A DNA stretch of 64,000 nt from Bacteroidota bacterium. GTDB taxonomy: Bacteria; Bacteroidota; Bacteroidia; Bacteroidales; JAIOZK01. Shown here piece after piece: positions 10,240 to 20,832 of this stretch. The position numbers were made by a program, and so were the translations under genes. Every line of letters starts with the position of its first letter. Position 1 is the stretch's first letter. Under the pieces are notes generated by a model that was not told where the DNA came from, did no database searches, and saw only the letters and a program-made list of their open reading frames with translations. The stretch covers positions 2,569,737 to 2,633,736 of the forward strand of contig JAXHMP010000001.1 of NCBI GenBank assembly GCA_034521425.1, written 5' to 3'.

Positions 10240-11043
10240 ATGAAAAAGAACATTGCCATTTCATTATTCAGTCTGACCCTTATTTTGTTCTCAACACAGT
10301 CGTGCAAAGAAGGCGAAGGCCCCAACATCTTTTCTGTGCAGGACGACATGGAATTTGGTATGCAGGTGAACCAGGAAATTGAAAACAACGCGCAGGAATA
10401 CAACATCATTGATCCCGCTCAGTACCCTGAGGCTTATCAACACCTGAGAAGGATTCGCGACAGCATCCTCAATACCGGCCTGGTGGATTATGATGAAAAA
10501 TTTGTATGGGAAGTTAATTTGTTGAAAAACGACACAGTCCTGAATGCTTTTGCCACACCGGGAGGGTACCTGTATTTTTATACGGGTCTGGTCAAATTCC
10601 TCGACAATGAAGCAGAATTCGCCGGGGTGATGGGACATGAAATGGCCCATTCGGCCGAAAGACATTCCACTGAGCAATTGACCAGGGTTTATGGCCTGCA
10701 GGTGCTCTTGTCGGTTGTGCTGGGCGAAGATCCCGGAATGATCGCACAGATCGCTGCCGACCTGGCTGCCGGTTTAACCATGCTGGCCTTTAGCAGAAAT
10801 CATGAAAATGATGCCGATGAATTTGCCGTGAAGTATCTATATGCTACCTCTTACGATGCCCGTGGCGTAGCAGGCTTTTTTCAGAAACTGGAAGGCGCAC
10901 CGCGACCTCCGGAATTCCTGAGCACCCACCCCTCGCCCGAAAACCGGGTGGAAGACATCCTGGCAATGTGGGAAGCCCTGGGCGGCAAAGAAGGAAACTA
11001 TTATGTTGACTCTTATAATCAATTCAAAAATTCTTTGCCATAA
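10240..11043 (+). CDS. M48 family metallopeptidase, lipoprotein
   Basis: 267 aa with a lipobox-like signal (LILFSTQSC), a HEMAH zinc motif (GVMGHEMAHSAERH) and a downstream NDADEFA. Confidence 0.85.
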   Translation: MKKNIAISLFSLTLILFSTQSCKEGEGPNIFSVQDDMEFGMQVNQEIENNAQEYNIIDPAQYPEAYQHLRRIRDSILNTGLVDYDEKFVWEVNLLKNDTVLNAFATPGGYLYFYTGLVKFLDNEAEFAGVMGHEMAHSAERHSTEQLTRVYGLQVLLSVVLGEDPGMIAQIAADLAAGLTMLAFSRNHENDADEFAVKYLYATSYDARGVAGFFQKLEGAPRPPEFLSTHPSPENRVEDILAMWEALGGKEGNYYVDSYNQFKNSLP

Positions 11044-11052
11044 ATTACAATC

Positions 11053-11262
11053 ATGAACCAGATGTCTTATGAGTGCCCCAAGTGTGGTAACAGGCAAAAC
11101 GAAATAGACCGGATCAGGACCACAGGCAGCGCTTTCGCCAAGATCTTCGATGTGCAGAACAAAAAGTACAACGCCATCACCTGATCTCAATGCAAATAAA
11201 CAAAGCTCTTCAAAGGAACCACCAGCACTCTGGGGAATGTGTGTGACTTCTTTACGAGGTAG
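11053..11262 (+). pseudogene. Zn-ribbon (DUF2082-like) small protein gene with two in-frame stop codons
   Basis: ATG 11053: MNQMSYECPKCGNRQNEIDRIRTTGSAFAKIFDVQNKKYNAIT-TGA(11182)-SQCK-TAA(11197)-TKLFKGTTSTLGNVCDFFTR-TAG(11260). All of this is in one frame. As I recall the family, the stops sit where it has the first Cys of the second CxxC knuckle and the Tyr of C..CgYTEfY. Confidence 0.6.
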
Positions 11263-11323
11263 GATTGGTCCCAACTTTCAGTCGAGCACTTCCAACATCC
11301 AACTAATTCCCTATTTTTGCATC

Positions 11324-12847
11324 ATGGCAAACGAAGACATTTTCAAGAAGATCATTGCCCATGCCAAGGAGTATGGCTTTGTGTTTCAATCGAGTGAGAT
11401 TTACGACGGAATGGCGGCTGTTTATGATTACGGCCAATACGGGGTTGAACTGAAAAATAACATCAAGGATTACTGGTGGAAATCTATGGTGCAGTACCAC
11501 GAGAATATTGTGGGACTGGATGCGGCCATTTTTATGCATCCCAAAGTGTGGAAAGCTTCGGGCCATGTGGATGCTTTCAATGATCCCATGATCGACAATA
11601 AGGATTCCAAGAAAAGATACCGCGCCGATGAGCTGATCGAAGACCATTTGGCCAAAATTCAGGGCAAGATCGACAAGGAAGTGACCAAGGCAGCCAAGCG
11701 TTTCGGGGAGGCTTTCGATGAAAAGCAATTCCTGGAAACCAACCCCAGGGTGCTTAAATACACAGCCCAGATCGAAGACATCAAAAAGAGGATGGTGAGC
11801 TCCCTGGAAAAGGAGGACCTGACTGCACTCAAAGATCTGATCGTTGAACTGGAAATATTTTGTCCCATTTCCGGCTCTAAAAACTGGACGGATGTCCGGC
11901 AGTTCAACCTTATGTTTGCCACCCAGATGGGCTCGCTGGGCGATGAGAACAGCAAAGTATACCTGCGACCCGAAACCGCACAGGGAATTTTCGTGAATTA
12001 CCTCAACATACAGAAAACAGGCCGTATGAAACTTCCTTTTGGGATCGCGCAAATCGGGAAAGCTTTCCGGAATGAGATCGTGGCCCGGCAGTTCATTTTC
12101 CGCATGCGGGAGTTCGAACAAATGGAAATGCAGTTCTTTGTGCGCCCCGGAACCGAAAAAGAATGGTTCGAATACTGGAAAGACCAGCGCATGCAATGGC
12201 ACCTGGCCACAGGTATCCCTGAAGCTAATTACCGCTTCCACGAGCACGACAAGCTGGCCCATTATGCCAATGCGGCTTTCGATATAGAATTCAATTTCCC
12301 CATGGGTTTTAAGGAACTGGAAGGAATTCATTCCAGGACCGATTTTGACCTGGGGGCACACCAGGAGTTTACCGGCAAGAAGATACAATACTTCGACCCC
12401 GAGACCAATGAAAGTTATGTACCCTATGTGGTGGAAACTTCTATCGGTCTCGACCGCACTTTCCTGGCCGTGATGACGGCTGCCTATACCGAGGAAAAAC
12501 TGGAAGGCGGATCCGAAAGGACGGTGATGAAGATCCCGCCCTTCCTCGCTCCCATCAAGGCAGCTATCCTTCCCCTGACCAAAAAAGACGGCCTGCCGGA
12601 AAAAGCCCGTGAGATCATCGACAGCCTGAAGTATGATTATATGTGTTTTTACGAGGAGAAGGATACCATTGGGAAACGCTATCGCCGTCAGGATGCAATT
12701 GGTACCCCCTATTGTATCACGATCGATCACCAGACCCTGGAAGATGATACGGTGACCATACGCGAAAGGGACAGCATGAAACAGGACAGAATCCCGATCG
12801 AAAAAATCAGCGGGATCATTGCAGAAAAAATCCTGGTGAAGAGATAA
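11324..12847 (+). CDS. glyQS: Glycine--tRNA ligase (alpha2 type)
   Basis: The true start is ATG 11324 (MANEDIFKKIIAHAKEYGFVFQSSEIYDG). Class II motifs are present (FRNEI..R.FIFRMREFEQMEMQFF, ETSIGLDR). The track ORF start at 11150 is an upstream read-through across the Zn-ribbon remnant. Confidence 0.95.
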   Translation: MANEDIFKKIIAHAKEYGFVFQSSEIYDGMAAVYDYGQYGVELKNNIKDYWWKSMVQYHENIVGLDAAIFMHPKVWKASGHVDAFNDPMIDNKDSKKRYRADELIEDHLAKIQGKIDKEVTKAAKRFGEAFDEKQFLETNPRVLKYTAQIEDIKKRMVSSLEKEDLTALKDLIVELEIFCPISGSKNWTDVRQFNLMFATQMGSLGDENSKVYLRPETAQGIFVNYLNIQKTGRMKLPFGIAQIGKAFRNEIVARQFIFRMREFEQMEMQFFVRPGTEKEWFEYWKDQRMQWHLATGIPEANYRFHEHDKLAHYANAAFDIEFNFPMGFKELEGIHSRTDFDLGAHQEFTGKKIQYFDPETNESYVPYVVETSIGLDRTFLAVMTAAYTEEKLEGGSERTVMKIPPFLAPIKAAILPLTKKDGLPEKAREIIDSLKYDYMCFYEEKDTIGKRYRRQDAIGTPYCITIDHQTLEDDTVTIRERDSMKQDRIPIEKISGIIAEKILVKR

Positions 12848-13021
12848 AGGTAATAAGGTTAATTTTTTTGTTAAATCCTTTTTTTGCTACTAAGGTATAA
12901 TTTTAGATAAGGTTGTGGAATTACCATTTAGCCAGGGCTCAATTTGGCTTAAGAATTCTAACAAACAAATAGCACCAATGGAGCGATTCCATTCAAGCAA
13001 ACATATAAAATATCTATAAAG

Positions 13022-14041
13022 ATGACAATTGATCTCCGCAGTGACACAGTAACCAAGCCCACACCTAAAATGCTTCAGGCCATGTTCCGGGCCGAAGTAG
13101 GCGACGATGTTTTCGAAGATGATCCCACGGTGAAAGCCCTAGAAGAAAAGGCAGCCCAACTCTTCAACAAGGAAGCCGGCCTGTTCTGTCCTTCCGGTAC
13201 CATGACCAACCAGATCGCACTGAAAGTTCACACCCAGCCGGGCGATGAGATCATCTGCAACGAATTCTCTCACATTTACCGCTATGAAGGCGGTGGAGCA
13301 GCCTTCAATTCCGGGGCTTCCCTCAGGTTGCTACAGGGTGACCGGGGCAGGATCAAGGCACATCAGATCATTGAAAACATCAATCCTGATGATATACATT
13401 ACCCCAGGACCAGCCTTGTTGTGATCGAGAATACTTCCAACAAGGGAGGCGGAAGTTGTTATGAATTGAAAGACATGGAAGAGATCCATAAGACCTGCAA
13501 TGAAAAAGATTTGAAATTACACCTGGATGGCGCCAGGATCTTCAATGCCATCGTAGCCAAAAGATATACTTCAATGGAAATCGGTGATCTTTTCGATTCC
13601 ATATCCATTTGCCTGTCGAAAGGACTGGGTGCCCCGGTGGGCTCTGTCCTGATCGGGAACAAAGATTTCATCAAACAGGCCCGCAGGGTGAGAAAAGTTT
13701 TCGGTGGGGGTATGCGGCAGGCCGGATACCTGGCTGCTGCAGGGATTTATGCCCTGGATCATCACATCGAAAGGCTTGCAGAAGATCACCGGAAAACAAA
13801 AATATTAGGCGATACACTGAAAGAACTTGCTTTTGTGGAAGAATTGATGCCGGCAGAAACCAACATACTGGTCTTTAAATTAATTGATGATCATCAAGAT
13901 CAGGAATTCCTTAAATTGCTCGAATCAAAAGGCCTCAAAGCAGTTGGATTTGGGCCCCAACTGATCCGCATGGTCACCCACCTGGATTATACGGATGATA
14001 TGCTGAGTGAAACGATCAGAATACTTAAATCCATACCATGA
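13022..14041 (+). CDS. ltaE: Low-specificity L-threonine aldolase
   Basis: 339 aa. IDLRSDTVTKPTPKMLQAM...GDDVFEDDPTV...PSGTMTNQIAL and the PLP-lysine context CLSKGLGAPVGS. Confidence 0.85.
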   Translation: MTIDLRSDTVTKPTPKMLQAMFRAEVGDDVFEDDPTVKALEEKAAQLFNKEAGLFCPSGTMTNQIALKVHTQPGDEIICNEFSHIYRYEGGGAAFNSGASLRLLQGDRGRIKAHQIIENINPDDIHYPRTSLVVIENTSNKGGGSCYELKDMEEIHKTCNEKDLKLHLDGARIFNAIVAKRYTSMEIGDLFDSISICLSKGLGAPVGSVLIGNKDFIKQARRVRKVFGGGMRQAGYLAAAGIYALDHHIERLAEDHRKTKILGDTLKELAFVEELMPAETNILVFKLIDDHQDQEFLKLLESKGLKAVGFGPQLIRMVTHLDYTDDMLSETIRILKSIP

Positions 14042-14083
14042 AAATATCCTGCGAAAATCCTGTCCTCATGGGAAAGGATAAAA

Positions 14084-17045
14084 TCAATAATTAAAAATCT
14101 CTTCCAGGGTCAGTTCTTCAACTTTACCAAGCTTTTTCAGCTTTTTCATATCCACCAGGTCGCGGTTACCAATGATCAGGTAATTGTATTTCCTGCCTTT
14201 GATATATTCATTGAAGAAATTCTCAAAATCATCGATCGTGGCAGATTTCGCATAATCATAAACATCCTTACGTATATCATAATCGATGCCTCTTTCCTGG
14301 TTCGACAGCCAGGTCCAGAAAACGCTGGCCTTGGTGATCCTTTCTGTTTCTATTTTGGTTTGTATGGCCTCCTTGGCACTCTGGAACTGCACACTGGCTT
14401 CCGGCATTTCGTTCATCAGGTTCAGCATAGCACCCGATGCTTCACTCAGCTTATCAGCTTGCGTAGCAACAAAGGTGTAGACATAATTGGATTCATCCAT
14501 TTCCCCGGGAACAGAAAAAGCTGCGAATGCGCTGTAGGCAAGACCCCTGGCTTCCCGGATATCCTGGAAAACGATGGATGACAATCCCGATCCGTAATAT
14601 TCACTAAACAAGGTGGATGCAGGGATCAGATCCTTATTGTACATACCATCTTTTGAAAGCATAAGCATATTGATCTGCACCATATCATAATTCACAAAGT
14701 AAACTTTATTCTCATCCGTCGGTAGTTCGGTATATCTTACCTCTTCCGGGAAATCAAGCAATTCATCGGGTACAGGATGCATTTCGGAAAGTATGCTGTT
14801 CACATTTTGCATTTCTTTGGGACCGTAATAAAATACGCGATGATCGTATGCAAATATGTTCTTGATCATATCGGTAAGGTACCCGGGGTTCAGGTTTTCA
14901 AGCTCCTCCTCCGGCACGATATTCGTAAATGGGTTGAACTCCCCGTACTTGCCATAATTAAACAGTCCCGACCAGAGAATGGTCCCTTTGTTAAGTTTGG
15001 CATCCGAACGATTTTTCAGGATCCCTTTTACATATTCGTCATATACTTCCTGTTCAGCTTTGGCACTTGACAGCACATGTTCCAGTAACTCAATTCCCTT
15101 CTCGAAGGATTTGTCCAGTCCTGAGATATAAACATAGCTGCGGTCCTCACCTGTAGAAACACCCATGCTCAGACCCAGTTTAAAGAACTCCTGCTTGAGT
15201 TCTGCCGGTGAATACTTGTCTGTGCCCAGGTAAGGAAGGTAATTTACTGCGATGGGTAGTTGCAGGTCATGATCCTTGCCCATATCGATAATATAATAAA
15301 GAGAGAAAATCTCATTGGTCTTGTTGTGGATATAATTCAGTTCAACATCCGTTTCAAGTTTATCCTTTCCTATCTTTTCCTTGAAATCCACAAAGACGGG
15401 TTCAAGATTTTCAGGTTGTACTTCCATGAATTCTTTCAGGAAATCGGATTGTGCCTCGCGGTTCAGCTCCACAGGGCTGATCGGAGGTTTCTGCAACTTA
15501 ACCGAAGTGGTGTCTTTTCCGGTCTTTTTATAAACCACAACATAATTATCCTTGTAATGCTCATTGGCAAAAGCAATCAGTTCCTCCTTGCTGATCTTTT
15601 CGAGTTCATCAATGAATTCAACATTTTCTTTCCAGTCAATATTCTTGATAAATGCATCCACAAATGCCCAGGCTTTGTAATTGCTTTCTTGCTGGCGCAT
15701 TTGTTTCAGGCGCATATCATTGATAATAGCTTCCAGCATCCAGTCTTCGAATTCTCCATTCTTGATCTTTTCGATCTCGCCCAGCAGCAGGTCCTTCACT
15801 TCTTCCAGGCTCTGCCCCTGTCGTGGATTTCCATAGAACACATGCATGCCGTAATCGATCATGAAGTTGGCATAGGATCCGGCACGCAACACCTTTTGTT
15901 CCTGGTTAAGGTCCAGGTCGATCAGACCGGCCTGGCTGTTGCTCAGGATATTGTCGATCAGGGTTACATATTTTTCATCTTTTGAGTTGGCACCATCAAA
16001 ACGGTATCCAAGTCGCATGGTCTCGGCTTCAGGACCAACAACTTCCTTAACAATGGGTTCTGTGATGGGATCTTCCTTCGGCAGGTCCCTTACCGGAAGA
16101 TCCGGGTTGGGTTCCATACCCCCAGTATTCATCGATCAGCTTGATGGTCTCGTCAAAGTCGATGTCGCCGGAAAGCACGATGGCCATATTGTTGGGAACA
16201 TAATAGGTGTCGAAATAATTCATGATGTTCACCATGGAAGGGTTTTTCAGATGCTCGGGCTCCCCGATGGTGGTTTGGGTTCCATAGGGATGCTTCTTGA
16301 AAAGTCCCTGCATCAATGCCATATTCAGCTTCCTGCCGTCATTGTCCTGCGACATATTAAATTCTTCATACACGGTTTCCAGTTCGGTATGGAAGATCCT
16401 GAGTACAGGGTCGCTGAATCGTTCCTTCTCAAGGTTCAGCCATTTTTCGAGCTGGTTGGCCGGGATGTTATTCATATAAACAGTAAATTCGCTGGAGGTG
16501 CCGGCATTGGTGCCCTTGGCTCCCATTGCTCCAACCATCTTATCATATTCATTGGCAACTGCAAACTGGGCAGCAATGCCGCTGAGGCTGTCGATCTGAT
16601 GATAGATGCGGGCCTTTTTTTCCGGATCATCCGCCTTCTTGTGCTCTTCAAATAAATCGGAAATCTTTTCGATATAAACATTTTCTGCCTCCCAGTTCAT
16701 GGTGCCGAACTCATCGGTACCTTTAAACATCATGTGCTCAAAATAATGAGCCAGGCCGGTGGTTTCCGGGGGGTCGTAGGTGGAACCAGCCCTGACGGCG
16801 ATCAGGGTTTGAATGCGGGGTTCGTCCTGGTTCTTGGTCAGGTATACCTTCAAGCCGTTATCCAGCTCATAAATCCTGACTTTGAATGGGTCATCCTGAA
16901 CGGTAGTGTACTGATATCCATTCGGATCGGTGTGGGTTTGCGTTTTACTGCCACTCTGGGTACAGGCAGCGATCAGTGATACCAGCACGAGGCCGGCAAA
17001 TAATTTAATTAATCTCATCTTAAAAATTTTTGATTGATATTTCAC
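14084..17045 (-). pseudogene. M16 family (insulinase-like) zinc peptidase, ~980 aa, split by one frameshift
   Basis: The N-terminal ORF 16047-17045 has a signal peptide and the HxxEH motif ([14 protein letters not shown]). ORF 14084-16132 continues the M16 repeat domains. The frames meet at the C5 run 16119-16123 (+ strand): ...IDEYWG|MEPNPDLPV... Confidence 0.85.
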
Positions 17046-17129
17046 AAGCTAAGGTAAAGATAATTTTGGCACACAAATTGGATTTATTTAAGAGGATCCT
17101 GCAAATTGTTTAACTAAAAACTTACAGTC

Positions 17130-17714
17130 ATGAAATCACTGGTAACAAAAGAGGCTTTTGCCTCAGGTAGGAGAAGTATGTCCTGGAAAATCCCGGGAGT
17201 CCTTGCAATCTTCATGATCATCCTCCTCAGCGGCTGTTACAAAGAACCCTGGTATGGTTCGGATGGCAGGCCTGGTAAGGCCTATCTTTCAGCCACCTGG
17301 ATTGACGATGAGCCCGAATACATCGATGTGGGAACATCAGCCCTACCTTATCACTTCAATTGGGGGCAATTTTACCGGGCATACCCGGGATTCTTCCACC
17401 TGTATTTTGAGGGTGAGGTATGGATGGGAAACCGTTGGGCATTCTATGCCTGGGAGATTGATTATGAGATTTGGCGCGAACCCGGTGAACCCGGCGGGAA
17501 GTTCTATCATGGCAGGAATGGTGCCGATACATATTTCACCCTGGAATGCAGCCCATTCGGGCCAATGGTTTATGAGGATTTAAAAAGCGGCAAGACCCGT
17601 GAAGGAATTGAAATACTGTCTGAAACCGAAGAAGAAATCACCATACTGCAGGAAAAGAATGGGTTTGGTTTAAGAGCAACATACCGGAAAGCTGAACCAA
17701 AAAAAACTGAATAA
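17130..17714 (+). CDS. Hypothetical lipoprotein
   Basis: 194 aa with signal plus lipobox (ILLSGCYKE). It is rich in W/Y/E. I recognise no family. Confidence 0.5.
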   Translation: MKSLVTKEAFASGRRSMSWKIPGVLAIFMIILLSGCYKEPWYGSDGRPGKAYLSATWIDDEPEYIDVGTSALPYHFNWGQFYRAYPGFFHLYFEGEVWMGNRWAFYAWEIDYEIWREPGEPGGKFYHGRNGADTYFTLECSPFGPMVYEDLKSGKTREGIEILSETEEEITILQEKNGFGLRATYRKAEPKKTE

Positions 17715-17784
17715 TCATCTGTTCCATAGAAAAATATGTCGGGAGCAAATTCTATCTTTGCAAAAAACAAAATCAGGCATTAAA

Positions 17785-18876
17785 ATGGACAACAGGATCG
17801 TAATGACACTGGATGCAGGAGGAACCAAGTTTAATTTCTCAGCCATCCGTAACCAGGAAGAGATCATCAAAGCCGTAATTCTCCCCGCACAGGCAGCCGA
17901 TCTGGTGACAGTTTTGAAAACGATCATCGAGGGCTTTGAGAAAGTAAAATCCGTCCTGGATGAAGACCCGGTTGCCATTAGCTTTAGCTTTCCGGGCCCG
18001 GCCGATTATGAAAACGGGATTATCGGCGATCTGGAAAACCTCCCGCATTTCAGAAAGGGTGTTGCCCTGAAAGCTATGCTGGAGGATACGTTTGGCATCC
18101 CTGTCTTCATCAACAATGATGGCGATCTTTTTGCTTACGGGGAAGCCATTGCAGGTTTACTGCCCGAAATCAATCAGATGCTTAAGGAAAAGGGAAATCC
18201 GAGGCAATACAGGAATCTGCTGGGCGTAACCTTCGGGACAGGATTTGGCGGAGGAATCATATCCGACGGAAAACTTTTTACCGGAGATAATTCATCGGCC
18301 GGGGAGATCAACAGAAGCAGAAACAAACTCTACCCCGTAACAAGTGTGGAAGATAGTGTTAGCATCCGGGGATTGAAAAGAGTTTTTGCCAGGGAAGCAG
18401 GAATCGGGATCAATGATAGCCCGGAACCCAAAGAGATGTTCAACATTGCCAGTGGCCGGCTAAGTGGCAACAAAAATGCCGCCCTGGCAGCATTTGATGA
18501 ACTGTCGGTTGTGGCCGGCGACTGTATTGCGGGTGCGATCACCCTGATCGATGGCCTGGTGGTGATCGGTGGAGGCCTTTCGGGTGCCCATCCGGTTTTT
18601 CTCCAAAAACTGGTGAATGAAATGAACAGGAGCTTCCATACCCTTAAAAACAAAGAACTCGACCGGCTTGAGCTGAAAGCCTTTAGCCTGGAAAATCCGG
18701 AAGAGCTCGCAGCTTTTCTCAGCAACTCTTCACGAGAGATTGAGGTTCCCTTCACCAACAAAAAAGTAATGTATGATCCCGTTAAAAGGATTGGTGTTGG
18801 CATTTCCCGGCTCGGAACTTCCAGAGCAGCAGCCATTGGTGCATGGGCTTTTGCATTGGATCAACTGGATAAATAA
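17785..18876 (+). CDS. ROK family sugar kinase/regulator-like protein
   Basis: The likely start is ATG 17785 (MDNRIVMTLDAGGTKFNF). The LDAGGT phosphate-1 motif and NDGDLFAYGE fit the ROK/glucokinase fold. Confidence 0.75.
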   Translation: MDNRIVMTLDAGGTKFNFSAIRNQEEIIKAVILPAQAADLVTVLKTIIEGFEKVKSVLDEDPVAISFSFPGPADYENGIIGDLENLPHFRKGVALKAMLEDTFGIPVFINNDGDLFAYGEAIAGLLPEINQMLKEKGNPRQYRNLLGVTFGTGFGGGIISDGKLFTGDNSSAGEINRSRNKLYPVTSVEDSVSIRGLKRVFAREAGIGINDSPEPKEMFNIASGRLSGNKNAALAAFDELSVVAGDCIAGAITLIDGLVVIGGGLSGAHPVFLQKLVNEMNRSFHTLKNKELDRLELKAFSLENPEELAAFLSNSSREIEVPFTNKKVMYDPVKRIGVGISRLGTSRAAAIGAWAFALDQLDK

Positions 18877-18939
18877 ATCCGCGGGGCTTTTTAATACCCG
18901 GGAATTAATTACCTTTGTTATCTAAAATCAATCTAAATA

Positions 18940-19785
18940 ATGAAATTATATACAATACCTACCGGGAATTTAAAACTGGACGGTGGCGCCATGTTCGGTG
19001 TTGTGCCTAAAGTGCTGTGGCAAAAAGCTTATCCCTGTGATGAAAACAACCTGTGTAACTGGGCCATGCGATGCCTGCTGGTCGAGGAAAAAGACCGGCT
19101 GGTCCTGATCGACAATGGCATTGGCGATAAACAGGATGAAAAGTTCCTGAAGCATTATCACTTGAACGGGGATGATGAGCTGGAAAAATCCCTCGGGAAA
19201 AACGGGTTTAAACCTGAGGACATCACGGATGTGATCCTCACACACCTGCATTTTGATCATTGCGGCGGCAGCATCAGCTATTCCGAAGATGGAGAAAGCT
19301 ACCAGCTTGCATTCCCCAATGCCACCTACTGGACAAGCCGGAAGCAATATGAATGGGCCACACATCCCAACCACAGGGAAAAGGCCTCCTTCCTGAAAGA
19401 GAATATTATACCCATTGAGGAAAGCGGACAGCTCAGGCTGATCGAAGAGGAAGGCGAGATTTTGCCCGGCATCGAGATCAAATTATACCACGGGCATACC
19501 GAAGCCCAGGTTATCCCGCACATTCATTACAATGGAAAGACGATTGTTTTCATGGCCGATCTGATGCCTTCCACAGCCCATGTTCCCATGCCCTGGGTAA
19601 TGGCCTTTGATGTAAGACCCCTGCAAACCCTGAAAGACCGCGAACGCTTTTATAAAGAAGCCATTGAAAATGATTATGTACTTTTCTTCGAACACGATCT
19701 TTATCACGAATGTGCCACACTGCACGAAACAGAGAAAGGTGTGCGCGTGAAGGAAACTTTTGAGCTGAAGGATATTCTGGAATGA
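18940..19785 (+). CDS. MBL-fold metallo-hydrolase
   Basis: 281 aa with the HxHxDH motif (LTHLHFDHCGG). Confidence 0.8.
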   Translation: MKLYTIPTGNLKLDGGAMFGVVPKVLWQKAYPCDENNLCNWAMRCLLVEEKDRLVLIDNGIGDKQDEKFLKHYHLNGDDELEKSLGKNGFKPEDITDVILTHLHFDHCGGSISYSEDGESYQLAFPNATYWTSRKQYEWATHPNHREKASFLKENIIPIEESGQLRLIEEEGEILPGIEIKLYHGHTEAQVIPHIHYNGKTIVFMADLMPSTAHVPMPWVMAFDVRPLQTLKDRERFYKEAIENDYVLFFEHDLYHECATLHETEKGVRVKETFELKDILE

Positions 19786-19881
19786 AACAGGCTTTGAGAC
19801 AAACCATCAGCCGATTCCACCCGAACAGCTAAGCCGTCGTCACAATTTTAGTATTTTTGGGGCCTCAAATAAAACAGCTTT

Positions 19882-20262
19882 ATGAACTCATTATTACTAA
19901 CAGGATCTATTGTCGTAACTTTTGCTTTGATCGCATACAGCATTGGTATACTGACTGAGCAAAGAAAAAAGAAAATTACAAAAACGGTTCTTGCATTTGT
20001 GAGTATCGGCATCATCCTGGATATTGCGGCCACCATCTTCATGATCACAGGATCACCCAATTCCCCCTTTACATTTCATGGAATTCTTGGGTACAGCGCC
20101 CTGGCGGTGATGTTGATCGATGTGTTGCTGATCTGGAAGCTGAAGTCAGTATCCGGGTTGAATGCGGAAGTACCCCGGGCCTTGCATCTATACTCCAGAT
20201 ATGCATACAGCTGGTGGGTGCTTGCTTATATTACCGGGGGACTGCTGGTAGCGTTGAAATAA
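19882..20262 (+). CDS. Small integral membrane protein (TIGR03987/HsmA-like)
   Basis: 126 aa with four predicted TM helices. The family assignment is from memory only. Confidence 0.5.
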   Translation: MNSLLLTGSIVVTFALIAYSIGILTEQRKKKITKTVLAFVSIGIILDIAATIFMITGSPNSPFTFHGILGYSALAVMLIDVLLIWKLKSVSGLNAEVPRALHLYSRYAYSWWVLAYITGGLLVALK

Positions 20263-20269
20263 TGAAAGT

Positions 20270-20761
20270 TTACTTTCTCTTCTTCAAGAATTCAGCATAA
20301 GCATCAAATGTCTTCATTTGCAATTTTTCAGCAACAGTATTCAGAAATTTTCTGGCATTTTCGTATTCAACAAAATCCTTCAACAGTATATCAGGAACCT
20401 TGTTCCCCCTCAAACATACATCATAGGTTCGTATAGTATGGGTATTTGAAATACTGACCATGTTCATGGTCTGGGATTCATTGAAGAGTTTCAGGGTCAG
20501 TTGATCATAAGGAGCCAGTTCATGCCATTTCCCGTATTTGAATAACAACAGGTCCAGATAAGGTTTATAACGTTTTTCTTGTGTATCAATGATAAGTCCG
20601 TTGACTTTGAGAAAAAGGATTAAGCCGATTGATATGGACAAAAGGGAGAAAATGATCAGGTCAGTATATATGATTAGCAAAATACCACCGATCAAAATAA
20701 TCATGCCGGCCGTTGAAGAGTTCCCCTGAAAAGTGGCCCCCCTGGATATTTTGATCTTCAT
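20270..20761 (-). CDS. Hypothetical membrane protein
   Basis: The likely start is ATG 20761 (MKIKISRG...). It has two TM helices, then a soluble C-terminal domain. No family recognised. Confidence 0.45.
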   Translation of the reverse strand: MKIKISRGATFQGNSSTAGMIILIGGILLIIYTDLIIFSLLSISIGLILFLKVNGLIIDTQEKRYKPYLDLLLFKYGKWHELAPYDQLTLKLFNESQTMNMVSISNTHTIRTYDVCLRGNKVPDILLKDFVEYENARKFLNTVAEKLQMKTFDAYAEFLKKRK

Positions 20762-20832
20762 GCAATAAAGATAAAAAAAAGCCCGCATGTAAGAACACAC
20801 GGGCCCGGGATCATTTGAATTTTTTTGACTTT

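Noticed and set aside
11182-11199. Selenocysteine or alternative-genetic-code reading of the in-frame TGA and TAA in the Zn-ribbon gene.
   Set aside because: TGA, TAA and TAG all terminate well-conserved genes in this window (purN, fabF, acpP and others). I saw no convincing SECIS-like hairpin directly after the TGA (only a 4-bp CCAG/CTGG stem), and the TAA follows four codons later.
11150-11323. 5' extension of the glyQS ORF (track start 11150).
   Set aside because: The extension is an out-of-frame translation of the Zn-ribbon remnant. The conserved GlyRS N-terminus begins at ATG 11324.
11303-12730. Long antisense ORFs opposite well-supported genes. Examples: 11303-12730 opposite glyQS, 15260-15985 and 15939-16655 opposite the M16 peptidase, 21781-22773 opposite ppiD, 39583-40332 opposite the kamA-like gene, 44035-45042 opposite HDAC, and 33693-34298, 34508-35131 and 35327-36094 opposite the HK.
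   Set aside because: These are shadow ORFs. The opposite strand carries recognisable conserved proteins, and the translations are low-complexity with no recognisable motifs.
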